Source of the DNA: Carcharhinus longimanus
Lineage: Eukaryota
DNA length: 64,000 bases
Assembly (NCBI GenBank): GCA_030264375.1
Contig: JASCQW010000032.1
Location: forward strand, 70,074,581 to 70,138,580
Reading direction: 5' to 3'
The translations under genes and the position numbers were made by a program. Shown here one piece after another: positions 1-12,904 of the stretch. Position 1 is the first letter of the stretch; every line of letters starts with the position of its first letter. A model generated the notes under the pieces. It did not search any database, was not told the DNA's origin, and saw only the letters and a list, made by a program, of their open reading frames with translations.

Positions 1-496
1 CCTGCATTAAAATCAAGATTCATTGCACAGTCTTCCATTGAAACTCATTCCTTCCTAGGACCTTAAAACTGTGGAAGTTATTGCTTCCCTCAGTATTTCC
101 TGCTTCCATCAAGAAGCGGGCTTTAAAACCCATGTTCGGCATCATTTAACTTGACATATCTGTCTTCATTTTAACGTTGGTGCAGACTTAACTTTTGTCT
201 TTCTTTCTCAATTTAAACAAAGATTTCAAACGCATAGACAAATGCTGCTTCCAAACTGAACACTCCTGTGGTTGGTTTAATCAGGTAGATTTTCCCCAAG
301 CACATTTTGTTCCTTATCTGACCACTGGTCGTGTGTTTTAAACTCAAGACAGCAGATTTCCTTTTTAACTGCAGTTCAAGTGTGTGTCTTTGTGTATGCA
401 TTCTTTTTCAATCTCTCTTTTTAATTTGATTCTTTTTGGAATGTACAAAAACAAATATAATTTTGAATCAGTGGAATAGAGTGAGTTAATCTTTTT

Positions 497-790
497 TAAG
501 TTTAAAGTTTATTTATTATTGTCACAGGTAGGCTTACATTGACACTGTAATGAAGTTACTGTAAAAATCCCCTAGTCTCCACACTCCGGCACCTGTTTGG
601 ATACACTGAGGGAGAATTTAGAATGGCCGGTGCACCTAGGTCAGCACGTCTTTCAGACTGTGGAAGGAAACCGGAGGAATCACACGCAGACAGGGAGAAA
701 AAATGCAGACTCCGCACAGACCGTGACCCAAGTTGGGAATCAAGCCCGGGTCCCTGGAGCTGTGAGGCAGCAGTGTTAGCCACTGTGCCT
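497..790 (-). mobile_element. tRNA-derived V-SINE, tail type B (Rex/Babar-like tail)
   Basis: Reverse complement has the head GGCACAGTGGCTAACACTGCTGCCTCACAGC and the tail ...GTAAGCCTACCTGTGACAATAATAAATAAAC. Confidence 0.9.
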
Positions 791-2696
791 AATTTCCACA
801 GGGAAGAAAATGATAAAACACATGCACATACATTCATGCAGATTAGAGGGGAGAATTGAGTTCAAAGTAAGTAAATATATGTTAAAAAATGGTGTATGGA
901 ACTGTCCTTGACTTGGGAAGAGCAGATGGTTGAGTGTTGCAATTCAAGATTCTAGTAGAGTTGACTTTAGCAGGCAAATACTTGGTTTTGTGATTCCAGC
1001 ATTCTGTAATTTGGAGGAGAAGCTTCCTGGTTCTCTTTACACCACCATAAATAGACCAAAGTTATCAGCAGGTTTATTTTGATGTTTGGAAAATTCCAAA
1101 GTGGAGATCATGCTGTCTGTATAGTGTTGTATAAAGCCTCAAGGTAAAATTAAATTCAGAGCCTGGGAGGCTATCTGGTGTGCAACTTTCCACATCCAGG
1201 GTCCTTTTACTAAACAACGTACTGTAACCCAGCAAGACGGTTTGATTCAAACTTGGATCTCAAGGATAATAACCACCTTATCAGTCATTCTTGTTGGCAT
1301 CTGCACTTCTGTCATAATGAAGCTTTATGATGACCTTCAAATACACTCTAGCAGCTGTGATTATTTTTGTTTTATTTATTGATTGGTTTCTGTAATCAGC
1401 CAATACATTAGTACAGTAGATAAAAAGCAAACTTATAAAAGTAATTCCTCATGTACGAAATTCCAAATCATGTACAGATTCAAAAGTATAGTTCAAATTA
1501 TGCAGCAATTGTGTCATTTTTGTGTGAATAAACAAAAAAAAATGACTCAATAAAGCCAAGAGCATTCAATTAATGAGCTAAAAATGACCATTTCATTATT
1601 GGGAAAAAACTTTAAGCATTTGTACGTTAAATGCAAATTAGCTATAGTCTCTTAACCTTAAAATAAGCAAGAACATTCAACAGCTATGTTGAGATATTAA
1701 TCACAAATTAAATAAGGATAAATAAAATAGTTAGCATTCTACAATAAAAGATGTATATTAAAAAAATGCTGTTCATTTCCATCCATTAGAATTGCTGCTT
1801 CAAATAAACCGACAAAGCATTGTATTTCTCAGCAAACTTCAGTTTTTCCTGATTTATCAAAACTTAATTGTGCTAAAAGAAGCATCAAAACTCGCAATTT
1901 CTGTCAAGAACTCCATTTGTTACACCTGAAGGCATTTGGAATTGCATTTTTTAAAGCAACGGTCGCCAGCCTTTCATCTCACCTACTGTCTGCTTTTCAG
2001 TTTCCAGGATGATTACTTTGATCTAGCTATTTCAGAATAGATTCATGTGTTAACGGGAAGAGGCAGAAAGAGTAAGACAAATGTAATAAATTCAACCTGG
2101 CTCACACCACAAGGAGACCTTTGCTTCCATTTGATTCTCTGCAGCCCCCTACATAAATCTCTTCTGTACAATCAGTAGACTGTGAAATCCTAGAGGAGTT
2201 CACATTCTGTGTATCCTAATTACACAGACATTACTAACTACACAATAAAATGAGCTTTTAAAAAATAATAAAATTGCCATTTGGTATTTTCCTTGCTTCA
2301 CCTTTTGATAACTGCTGCCATCCGATTTTGCTACCATCTGGTGGCTATTTGAGGACATGTCACGCCGGAAAGCACTTCTTTCTGCCCTCTGTAGACACAG
2401 GTTAAAATGGTTACAGATGCTGCTAAAGCACCTTATCTCTCAGGATTGAGATAAATAGGAATTGATACCAATATACACCTAAGAAATGCAACCTGTCATG
2501 TTGTTTCAAGACATTGCAGAGATCTGTGGAATTTATATTTGTGTCACTAAGATAAAAATCACAAACTCACACAGTTGTTGGAGGCAGCCATTTGGCTCAT
2601 CATGTCTGCACTGACTCTCCAAATAAACGTTGTGACTTAGTACTATTCCTCATTTCCCTGCACGTTGTTTCTATTCAAGTCATTGTTTAATTTAAT

Positions 2697-3025
2697 GGGT
2701 GGCACGGTAGCACCGTGATTATCACTGCTGCTTCACAGTTCCAGGGTCCTGGGTTTGATTCCTGGCTTGGGTCACTGTCTGTGTGGAGTTTGCACATTCT
2801 CCCTGTGCCTGTGTGGGTTTCCTCCAGATGCTCCAGTTTCCTCCCACAGTCCAAAGATGTGCGGGTTAGGTTGATTGGCCATGCTAAAATTGTCCCTTTA
2901 GTGTCCTGAGATGCACAGGTTAGAGGGATGTAGGGATATGGGGGCAGGGCCTGGGTGGGATTGTGATTGGTGCAGACTCAATGAGCCAAATGGCCTTTCT
3001 CTGCATTGTAAAATTTCTATGGTTC
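2697..3025 (+). mobile_element. HE1-like V-SINE, tail type A (CR1/HER1-like tail)
   Basis: tRNA-like head and CTCCAGTTTCCTCCCACAGTCCAAAGATGTG core. Tail CCAAATGGCCTTTCTCTGCATTGTAAAATTTCTATG. Inserted in a CR1. Confidence 0.9.
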
Positions 3026-3604
3026 ATAATTCCCTCTTGGATGCCTCAGTTGAAGTTGCCTCCATCATACTTCCAAGCAGTGCATTCAAGACTCAAACTA
3101 TTTGTTGTATGAAAGTGTTTTTTACCTTACACCACATTAGTTCCTTTGCAAATCACTTTAAATCAATGCCTTCTCATTCTTGGTCCTTTTAAGAGTGGGA
3201 ACAGTTTCTCCCTATCTACTGTCTCTCCAACTCCTTCATGATTTTGAACACCTCCATCAAATCTCCTCTTAATCTTCTCCCCTCCAATGCGAACAGTCCA
3301 ATTTCTCCAATCTATCCTCATAACTGAGGTTTCTTGTCCCTGGAACATTGTTGTAAACTCCTGCACTCTCTCCAATCTGTTCACATCCTTCCTACAGTGC
3401 TGTATGCGACATTCCAGCTGAGGCTAAAGTAATGTATTGGATAAGTTCACAATAACTTCCTTGTTCTTGTATTCTATGCCTCAGCTAATAAAGTGCACAA
3501 TACTATCCAATTTATTTTCTGCTTTCTTCACCTGTTCTGCCACCTTCTATGATCTATGCACACATGTACTCAGGTCCCTTTCCTTCCTCCATCATTAGGA
3601 TATG

Positions 3605-4252
3605 TCTTGATGTTCTGTTCTGCCACCTGGTGGTGGGGGAGGTCCCCACATGAAGGCTGCCTACTTGGGAGCCTTTCCTTCTACCATCGGGGACATGGCA
3701 TGCAGCAGTGCCATGCAATCATATGTTAAGAAGGTTCATGGACTCCCAGACCACATGCCTTTTTTGTGGCCCAGGGGAGCTTCTGTTCCACATTTGCATA
3801 GACTGCCCAACATTGCAGCACTTTTTAGGTATTTAAAGAGACTGACCCGCAATCTTTGGTTGTACTTCAGCTCCATGCTCCTAATCTTCAGTCACCTGGT
3901 GAGGAGGGAGTCAAGGATGGAGTGAGACCTCCTCTTAAGACAGCACCTGGGCCTAGCCAAGTTGGCCGTTAATAGGTCCAGGCAGCGGGCGATGAAGGGG
4001 ATGGTCTGACCAAATTGTATGCCCCTCTACAGTGGCTATGTTCACAGCCGGGTGACCTTGAAGAGGGAGTAGCTAGAATCCATCAGCATGCTTTAGGCCT
4101 TATGTGGCAGGTTGGTACCACAATGGCTGGGGTGTATCCTTAACCCTATTAGTTAAGTTTCCTTTTGGCACCTTATTTTGTTACAGTACTCCACCAGAGG
4201 CTGGAACCCCTATTATTTTTGTTTAATTTAGTGATTGCTTATCATTAAAAGA
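3605..4252 (+). mobile_element. L1/Tx1-clade LINE 3' fragment
   Basis: Translations LFRYLKRLTRNLWLYFSSMLLIFSHLVRR and LGLAKLAVNRSRQRA resemble the C-terminus of fish Tx1 ORF2. Nested in a CR1. Confidence 0.7.
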
Positions 4253-5268
4253 GCACATCCAGATCCTTCTGCTCCTGCACCCCTTTAAGAATTTTAACTC
4301 TTATTTTGTATTGACCATCCATATTCTTCTTACCAAAATGCATCATCTCTCACTTCTCTGCATGGAACTTCACCCGCAACTAATCTGTAGCACCTATTCT
4401 ATCAACTTGTCAATGTCCTCTTGAAGCTTTACACCGTTCTTCTTACAGTTTTACAATACTTGCAAGATTTGTGTCAATTGTAAACTTTTTCCTTGCACCC
4501 CAAGATCTACATCATGAGGAGAGACAAGAGTATTGATACCATCCACTAGGGAACGCCACTGCAAACCTTCCTCCAGCCCAATAATAGCCATTGACCATTA
4601 CTCTCTACTTCTTATTATTCAGCCAATTTTGTATCCTTGTTGCTGTTGCCACTTTTATGCCATGAGTTATAACATTTTGCGTGTCTGTTGTGTGGCATTG
4701 TGCAGAATGCCTTCTGAAGTCAATGAGCGTTTTTTGTTCATATCGATACATTTGTCCATTCAGCGGGTGTTTCAAATGTTTACCTACTGAGATCATAAAA
4801 GACGCAATCACAAAGGATTTCTTGCAGTTTAACAAAGGAAAGAGGATAGCTTTTATTGTACTTAACCCATTCTAACTAAAATGATAAAATACACCCTGAC
4901 TTTCACAAGCACATAAACTTGAAATTCACGAGCACATAAATAGATTACAGAGTGGGGAAGGATAAATGAAGCAAATTAATGTCAAGTAAAATTAAACAGT
5001 TCATGGAGGTTGGTGACTTAGCTGGCTTCTGGCTGAGTTTGATGTTGCTTTCACTCTGACTTCCTGATGCTTCCAGTATGAAGCAGATTTAATGATACAA
5101 ATGGACGATTAGCGTGTTTCGCTGAAGACCATCGTGCTGGGTTGAATTCTTTTTAGAAAACTCTGTCTGCAGCACCTGAGTTGGTCACAATCAACAATCA
5201 GGGCTCAAAAGCATGTTAGTTGGGTGGAAGGAGAGAGGAAGGAACACACTGTGGGTCCTTCTCTCTGA

Positions 5269-5550
5269 GCGACACAGTGGTTAAAATTGTAATCTCAAAG
5301 CACCAGGGACCTGTGGGTTTGATTCCCGGTTTGGGTCATTATCTGTGTGGAGTCTGCACATTCTCTCCGTGATTGCATTGGTTTCCTCCCACAGTCTGAA
5401 AGACATGCTGGTTAGATGCATTGGCCACGCTAAATTTTCCCTTAGTGTACCCGAACTGGCACTGGAGTGTGGTGACTTGGGGATTTTCACAGTAACTTCA
5501 TTGCAGTGTTAATGTATGCCTACTTGTGACTAATGCATAAATAAACTTTA
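5269..5550 (+). mobile_element. V-SINE, tail type B
   Basis: Core plus tail GGGATTTTCACAGTAACTTCATTGCAGTGTTAATGTATGCCTACTTGTGACTAAT. Confidence 0.9.
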
Positions 5551-5751
5551 TTAAACACCTATTCCTTCAACATGCCAGCTGTATATCCTTCTGCAAAGAA
5601 AGCAAGTACTTAAAACATGCAAGACTGGTTACATGACTTTTTCTCTCCAATTGTCCAGGGGTCCAAATAAGGCCAGTGTATTCCAACTGGATAAATTATA
5701 TATTCATAGCATATTTTCAGAGTACATATCTTGTCTGATTTTCTTTGTCTT

Positions 5752-5970
5752 CAGCTCTGAGGAAGGGTCATCCCAATTCAAAACTTTTGCTGGAATTCTA
5801 CCACCCGGCCCGCCACTGAATCGGAGTAGACAAGGGGCAGCAACGGAAATATCTGTTGACTTTGGGCGGGATTTTCCGGTGTCGAGTCAAGCGAGGCCCT
5901 AAAATCCAACCCATTGGCTCTATTCTCTCTCCACAGATGCTGACTGATCTGAGTTTCTGTTTTTATTCCA
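5752..5970 (+). mobile_element. Penelope-like terminal repeat remnant interrupted by a MITE-like insert (about 5789-5912)
   Basis: CTGAGGAAGGGTCA...AAAAC, then insert, then ATTGGCTCTATTCTCTCTCCACAGATGCTG. The same motif occurs uninterrupted at 61310-61345. Confidence 0.65.
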
Positions 5971-6044
5971 ATTGGAACTTGATTAGATCACGTCAGGGAA
6001 TCCCTCTTCCAGCCAGGGTCTGATTGTCCAAGTCGTAGAATCAC

Positions 6045-6358
6045 CATCATAAAATCATAGAAACTTCACAGTAGAGAAAGAGACCATTTGGCACTGACCA
6101 CAATCCTACCCAGCCATACCCCCATATCCACCCACTAATTCATCTCACCTACACATCTCAGGGTACTAAGGGCAATTTTTTTTTCAGCATAGCCAATCAA
6201 CCTAACCTGCACATCTTTGGACTGTGGGAGGAAACTGGAGCACCCGGAGGAAACCCACGCAGATACGAGAAGAATGTGCACAGAAGTGACCCAAGCCAGG
6301 AACTGAACCCAGGTCCCTGGAGCTGTGAAGCAGCAGTGCTAACCGCTGTGCTGCCCCC
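6045..6358 (-). mobile_element. HE1-like V-SINE, tail type A
   Basis: Reverse complement of head, core and ATAGAA-repeat tail. Confidence 0.9.
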
Positions 6359-7288
6359 CATCAGTGATTTAGCACTGATGGTTTGCCTGCACCCAGTTGA
6401 GTGTTTGGATGCTGTGGTAAAAGGATAGGAGGTGTGGTCCATTCACATTCTGCTGAGGTCATTGTCTTTGTTGGGTTGTTTTGCAGACAGGTCAGTCTTA
6501 ATCTAAGTGTTGTTGGAATGTGCAAGGTAGAGTGATACAAATTGTGTCACCACTTATGGCTGCAAGCTCAAATCATTGGAATATGGCCTTGTCCCCTTTT
6601 AATAAAAAAAAAATCTTATTCAATAGGGCATTTCGAGCCTGTAGATTCAAAGATCAATTTTTGATATAAAGAGACCCTGTTTTCATGACAATTTCAGCAT
6701 CTTCTAGTATATCCTGGTATGAGAATCTTATATAACTAATGGTCCCTTTGGCTGCAGGATTGACGATGTTAAAAGCACGTTATCTGTGAGTTATGTCTGG
6801 TTAAACAATAATGAAGGAAGTTTCTAACACCAGAGTGAAATTAATGGAGCTGCTCTCTTTCAAAAGTAGCAGAATTTCAAAGCAAAGCACTGTATGACAA
6901 GTTTTTGTAGCACTAAAGTGCTTCCCAGAAATCAGTAGGGAATGATGAGAAGATCATAAAAATGAGATGAAAGCACATTTTTTTCCCGGAATGCTAGTAC
7001 GTTAGTTCTGAATTTCTGCTAATCTCTAGTCTGAGCCCCAGCCCTAAACTTTTGGGGAAGAAATTTCAACACCCAAGTTATTACGGTCTGTTTTGTGATC
7101 TAGGTGTAGGAGAGCAAAATTGAATAGAATACCCACATTATCCAGTTCCAAATTTAGTAACAAGCTTCTTGTAAAACTAATTATTAACAGATTCATCGAT
7201 AGGTATTACACTGAGATTGAGGGTCATGAATATTCTGTACAGTTGCTGCATTTAATCGGACGACATCATGATCTTATTTCTTTTTCAG

Positions 7289-7376
7289 AAAAAACTGGAC
7301 CAGTTCTTGGGTTTGCCTGGAGGGGAACAGAATTGAATTCTACAAAGAACGCAAACAACAAACTTTAGCCAGTTTG
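7289..7376 (+). CDS. ARHGAP15: Internal coding exon (88 nt) of Rho GTPase-activating protein 15, PH domain N-terminal part
   Basis: Acceptor tcttatttctttttcAG at 7288 and donor GTaag at 7377. After 1 nt it reads KNWTSSWVCLEGNRIEFYKERKQQTLASL, matching recalled human ARHGAP15 KNWSTSWIVLSSRRIEFYKESKQQALSNM. It ends in phase 0. Confidence 0.93.
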
Positions 7377-8419
7377 GTAAGCTCATCTAAAGATATCTGT
7401 TGTGACATCTTGTTAAAGTGAGACCTGCACTTGACGTGCAGCCTTTGATCTGCAGCTAAGTGTCTCATGCTGTCTGCTAGTCAGTTTGAAGGTGGGATAC
7501 GAATAACCGCAGTGGTGAATAAAAGCAAGCCTTAAGGAAGACACAAGACCACCGATTTTCTTTCCCATGCAGTCAGCATTAATAACTAACTGTGACAGAC
7601 ATGGGTGAAAAAAAATCAAGGATTTTGACTGTCTGACAGCAGTTGTTACCTTGCAGCTGAAAGATGCTCAGGGAAAGGCAAGGCGCGCACCTCTGTATGG
7701 GATCAAGGCCAGGGAGCAGACAGTGACACTGTGTGTGGAGAAGAGAGCTGTCTTTGATGATAGCCCACTGCTAAGTGCTCTCAAGGGTGGGCAGGACCTG
7801 CCAGACCTTATTGAAGTGATGTGCGGCTGGGAAGGTGTACTCTGTGCAGGAGTCAAAATGAATAAACTCTTTTGATGTAGTGGTTTGACTAAAATCCATT
7901 ACTCCGATTGTCATGCAGGCATTTTGGCAGCTTGTAACATGCGACTCCCATATTAATTCTGACAAAATGACCAAGATATCTATCAAAGGAACTGAAATGT
8001 TAACTGCTACAGGAAATGCAATCTGTACCTCATAGCCTTACATGTAGATTTAATAGCCGAAAGAGAAGTCCTCCCCAACGGGGTAGACCAATGTAAACAA
8101 AGAGTAGTGGCATCCATACAAGCACAAGCAGACAACTCTTTAATAAAACTGAGCAAGCACCTAAGAATAATTTTTTAAAAAATTTAGTCATATTTTTACT
8201 GTGAATTTCAGGTATTTATTAAAAAGATGAAAGATCCCCTCTAGAAAAATCCATATTTGGATCACCAACTCTATTAAGCTCATAACATTAAAGAAGCCAA
8301 ATTACATAATTATATATGTGGAAAACACGTTAGCACATTCTGTGTATGTGTCGATGATGACTATCACATTAGTACTTTACAAAGAATGTGTTTATATTTT
8401 GCCATTAGTTGTTTTGCTG

Positions 8420-8930
8420 TGATACAAAGAAAAATACAGCACAGGAATAGGCCCTTCAGCCCTCCAAGCTTGTGCCGTTTATGATGCCCTAATTAAACTG
8501 AATAAAAAAACCTTCTGTCCTCTTACTTCGTCCGTATTTCTTTATTCCTTCCCAATTCATGGATGCATCCAGATGCCTCTTAAATGCTGTTAATGTGCCT
8601 GCTTCCACCACCACCTCNNNNNNNNNNNNNNNNNNNNNNNNNNNNNNNNNNNNNNNNNNNNNNNNNNNNNNNNNNNNNNNNNNNNNNNNNNNNNNNNNNN
8701 NNNNNNNNNNNNNNNNNATGGACGCATCCAGATGCCTCTTAAATGCTGTTAATGTGCCTGCTTCCACCACCACCTCTGGCAGCATGTTCCAGGCACTCAC
8801 CACGCTCTGTGTCAAAAACTTCCCACACACGTCTCCCTTAAACTTTCCCCCTGTCACCTTGAACCTGTACCCATTTGTAACTGACGCTTCCACCTTGGGA
8901 AATAGCCTCTGACTATCTGTGCTTTCCATA
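8420..8930 (-). mobile_element. CR1 LINE 3' end (gap inside)
   Basis: Minus ORF ...FKVTGGKFKGDVCGKFLTQSVVSAWNMLPEVVVEAGTLTAFKRHLD is the typical CR1 ORF2 C-terminus. Confidence 0.9.
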
Positions 8931-9182
8931 AGTTTATTCTTTTGAAGAATTCATTATGAGATGTTAATGGAATAGAGCTACTGCTTTGATAAAACTCACA
9001 ACCTGGACTTAAACTGCAGTGGTTTTTCTGAAGTGAAATTATGGTCCAAGTTTCTGATCATTTATTTCATTATGGCGTAAAATTTTCCACAAACCAATGC
9101 AATTGGGTAGGATAATAGCATGTGTTTTTTTTCACCTGAAAAAGTACTCTGATGTATTTAAGCTGGGGAACCTGAACCCAGT

Positions 9183-9353
9183 TTTTGATTTGATTTATTA
9201 TCGTCAATGTATTAGTCTACAGTGTAAAGTATTGTTTCTTGTGCACTATACAAAGCATATCATTCATTGAGAAGGAAAGGAGAGAGTGCAGAATGTAGAG
9301 TTATAGTCATAGCTAGGGTATAGAGAAAAATCAACTTAATACAAGGTAGGTTA
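9183..9353 (-). mobile_element. Rex1/Babar LINE 3' UTR fragment
   Basis: Near-identical to the 3' end of the element at 15805-15970 (TTTGATTTGATTTATTAT...GAGAGTGCAGAATGTAG). Confidence 0.8.
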
Positions 9354-9453
9354 NNNNNNNNNNNNNNNNNNNNNNNNNNNNNNNNNNNNNNNNNNNNNNN
9401 NNNNNNNNNNNNNNNNNNNNNNNNNNNNNNNNNNNNNNNNNNNNNNNNNNNNN

Positions 9454-9526
9454 GAATGGCGGGGCAGGCTCGAAGGGCCAGATGGCCTACTCCTGCTCCT
9501 ATTTCTTATGTTCTTATGTTCTTATG
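9454..9526 (+). mobile_element. CR1 3' tail after gap
   Basis: GAAGGGCCAGATGGCCTACTCCTGCTCCTATTTC(TTATGTTC)n. An identical tail occurs at 22492-22555. Confidence 0.8.
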
Positions 9527-10429
9527 ATGCCTCAAAGTGACCATTGACTGGCCAAATAAACCCAAAGGCAGGCCACCAAAGTCATATCCTAGTTTCATCC
9601 TGCCACTGGGAAGCTCAGATTCTGCCTTCTATTCCATTAAGACACCCTGAACCAAAGTGTACCCAGAAGCACCTTGATTCCGGGTGCCTCACGGGATTCT
9701 GCGCATGGTTATGTGGTGAGCAAAGTTGGAAAATAAATATTCCAGGGTAGTCAATGTTTTAAAAAGACATACAGAGTGGCAAAGGGGAAGAGGTATAATT
9801 AAGGATGACGTAAGGATTTTAATGAAGAAGAAACTGGGCTCAGGAGGTTATGAAGTAGAATCAATATCAGGAGAAGATTAAAAAGAGCTAGATTTAAAAA
9901 ACTTTGGTTGGAATTAGCCATGATTCCCCCTAACTGGAGTTATACATTGGACAGAGTGTTACACAAAAAAAAATCATTGGAGCTTACATCAAAGGCAATG
10001 TAATAATTGTGGGGTACTTCAATCTTCATATTGACCAGACCAATTAAATTGACAAAGGTGGTCTGGAAGATAAGTTAATAGAATGCATTTATGACAGTCT
10101 GCTGGAACACTATGTTGTGGAATCAATTAGGAATAAAATTATTTTCATTCAAGCATTGTAAGATGATGCAGGGTTAATTAGTATGCCCACAGCAAAAGAT
10201 CCACTGGGAACTAGTGATCATAAAACAACTGAATTCCATGTTAAGTTAGAAAGTGGTATGCTCCAATCAGAAATAAGCATCTTAAATTTAAACAAAGTCA
10301 ATTGAGTAGGAATGAGAGGAGAAGTGGCTATGCTTAATTGGATAAAGAAATTAAAATGACCACAAGTAAACAGTGGGTGACACTTAAAGATACAATTCAA
10401 AAAGTTCAACAAGAAGCTTTTTTGCAAAA

Positions 10430-11030
10430 GGACGATTCTTTCATCCTGCTGCACTAATTTTTTAGTGCAGCCGGCCAAGAGATTCGCGCGTTGGCCGATT
10501 TGTGGGATCCCCGAGAGTGTTTGCACCGCGCTTGTGTCTCCCAGGCCCGGATTTTAGGCAGCATCTGCGCAGCGCCCGGCAATCAGCTGGGAGGCAGGGC
10601 TTGCATTTAAAAAGCATTTAACATACTATTTAAATACTATTAGCAAGCCCAGGACTGAATTCCCCAAGCCTGCTGGCATCTCCCACCCCATCAGGAGTAT
10701 TTTACTCCAGTGCGGAATACTATAGCATCCCACTTTTGGGGAACTAGTGGGACAACCCCGTTGAAGTGAAGGGTGGCAATCGGGCCCTCCCCAGAGGGTC
10801 CGTGGTAGGGGATGCTCCTGGGCACGGGCACCTTGGCAATGCCAGTCTTTGCCTCTGGCACTGCCCAAGGGAAAAAGTGCCCACACCCAAAAGAACTTTG
10901 GCACTGCCCACCTAAAATCTAATGATATTCAAGTTGGTGGCCTCTGTGTTGCTACCAGCATGAATTATTTCAGTTTTCCTGTGAACTCAACACTTAAAAT
11001 TTTTTGGGAGAATCACTCCCACAATCTCAG
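10430..11030. mobile_element. GC-rich non-autonomous DNA-transposon-like insert within a CR1
   Basis: GC/CpG-rich block starting GGACGATTCTTTC and ending GGGAGAATCACTCCC (imperfect terminal inverted repeats). It interrupts AT-richer CR1 sequence. Confidence 0.5.
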
Positions 11031-11702
11031 CAAGAAAGATCAATTCATGGCTCCCTAAGGATTTTCTGGAAAGTATTAGGTTAATACAAAAGGCTTAAGG
11101 TTGCAAACATCAGTCGCTGGTTTGATGATTGGGACTGTTTCAGTAATGAGCCTGATTGATCTTTGCTGCATTATACAGAGCTTTGGTTAAACCACACATG
11201 GAATATCATGTGCAGTTTTGGTCTCCATATTTACAGATGGATATATTTGCATTGTAAGCAGTGCAGTGAAGGATCACTTGTTTGGTCTCTGGGATGAGAG
11301 GGTTATCCTATTGCAAAAGGCTGAGTAAATAGGAATAGAGCCTCCAGAGTTTAGGAGAATGAGAGATGATCTCATTGAACCATACAAAATTCTGAAGGGA
11401 CTCGATACTAACAGGTTGTTTTATTGTCTAGGAGCACAATTTCATGGTAAGGGGTGGATAATGTAGAATTCAGAGCAGAATTCATTTCTTCTTTTAAACG
11501 ACTGTGAATCTTTGGAATTCTCTACCCAGAGGGTTGTGAATGATCCATTGTTGAAAATATTTAAGGCTGGAATAAACAGATTTTTGATCTTTCAGAAGAT
11601 CAAGGGATATCGGGAGCAGGTAAGAAAGTGGAGTTGAAGCCCAAGATCAGCCATGATTGTAGTGAAAGCCAAAGAAATTTTGAAGGGTCATATCATCTCC
11701 TG

Positions 11703-11970
11703 TGTATGGTGACAGAGTGGTTAGCACGACTACCTCACAGGTTTGGGTCAGTATCTGTGTAGAGTTTGCACATTCTCCCCGTGTCTACATGGATTTCCTC
11801 TAAGTGCTCTGGTTTCCTCCCATTGTCCAAACAGTGCAGAATTGGCCATGCTAAAAATTCTCCCTCAGTGTATCCGAACAGGCGCCAGAGAGTGGGACTA
11901 GGGGATTTTCACAGTAAATTCATTGCAGTGTGAATGTAAGCCTATTTTTGACTAATAAATAGACTTTCCT
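11703..11970 (+). mobile_element. V-SINE, tail type B, inserted in a CR1 tail
   Basis: Type B tail. CTCCTG occurs on both sides (possible target-site duplication). Confidence 0.88.
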
Positions 11971-12904
11971 TTTACTTTCCTCCTGCTCCTATCTCTTGTG
12001 TTCTAGTACGCCATTTAGGACACGCATATTGTTCTATGCGCTCCTGAAGTAACCCTTTCATGAACTGCAAAGGCTTTGGTCTGTCAGTTAATGTGACTAT
12101 TCTTGCAAGATGACATTGGTCACTGATCACTTCCTTAAGGGTAGTCATGATGCATTTGTTTTATTTAAGGCCATGGCCCTTTTTTTCCTGATACTCAGAA
12201 GTTCAATTCTGGGAGATCAGGAACATTTATGACTGCCACAGCCCGTATACATAGATGGGAGGGGAGCAGAAATATATGCTTCCATTATTAAGCACAATGT
12301 CCACTGACCAACAGTTAGAGGATATGGCAGAAGATCCAAGGAACACAGGTTGGAGCTGTACAAACACGTTTGACAACCAGTTAGTAGACCAGGATTGAGA
12401 ACTCTTTCTCATGATCAACACTTTCTATCATTCCTTGCCTTCTCACTACCCTGGAATAAATTTTCATCCTTAACTTGTCCTCTACCACTCTCTAAAAGTC
12501 TGCCAGCCTCTTTGCACATCTATCTACCCTGTGCCTTCAAAGCATAAAAGCTACATCACATAAGAGCAGATTGATGTCTGTAGAATAAATTGAACTTATA
12601 TGAAATAATTATGAGTTCTATTTTGCACTTACCTGGCAATATAGCTCATTTTTCAACTCACATAAAACTCTATACATTCCCAACAAAATGAGTTGGCACT
12701 GAATTTTTTTCAATTCTTTGATATGAATGGCTACTCTAACGTAAATGCAACTTGAGATGTATTACTTACTGATGAATGTATCGTACATTTTGCCACTTTC
12801 CCAATTGTTTCCTTTCTTTGAGACTACGTTATGTGGGTGCACTGCCTGATAATATTTACATAATTGGCATTTTTAAGTGAAACTTTCTTTGATATATGTC
12901 TTGG

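Larger units (their letters stand above)
2560..4725 (-). mobile_element. CR1-clade LINE 3' fragment, interrupted by a SINE and a Tx1 fragment
   Basis: Minus-strand remnants LERVQEFTTM (3163-3384) and IDFRRH...HGIKVATATRIQNWL (4605-4835) resemble CR1 ORF2. 3' tail near 2560-2690. Confidence 0.8.
9735..12005 (+). mobile_element. Degraded CR1 LINE (endonuclease region, internal deletion, 3' end) with nested insertions
   Basis: GGGTACTTCAATCTTCATATTGAC (GDFNLHID-like) near 10011. CAGTTTTGGTCTCCATAT (QFWSPY) near 11213. Tail resumes CTCCTGCTCCTATCTCTTGTG after a SINE. Confidence 0.75.

Noticed and set aside
1-190. Open minus-strand frame at the window start
   Set aside because: Resembles decayed L2-type sequence, is antisense to the host gene, and has no exon support.
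2001-2071. AG...GTAAG-bounded exon-like segment
   Set aside because: Stop codons in all three frames and no similarity to the expected upstream ARHGAP15 exon (EKEGYLQKAKIADGGKKLR-like).
8559-8776. Direct repeat of about 59 bp on both sides of a 100-N gap
   Set aside because: Typical unmerged contig overlap, an assembly artefact rather than a tandem duplication.
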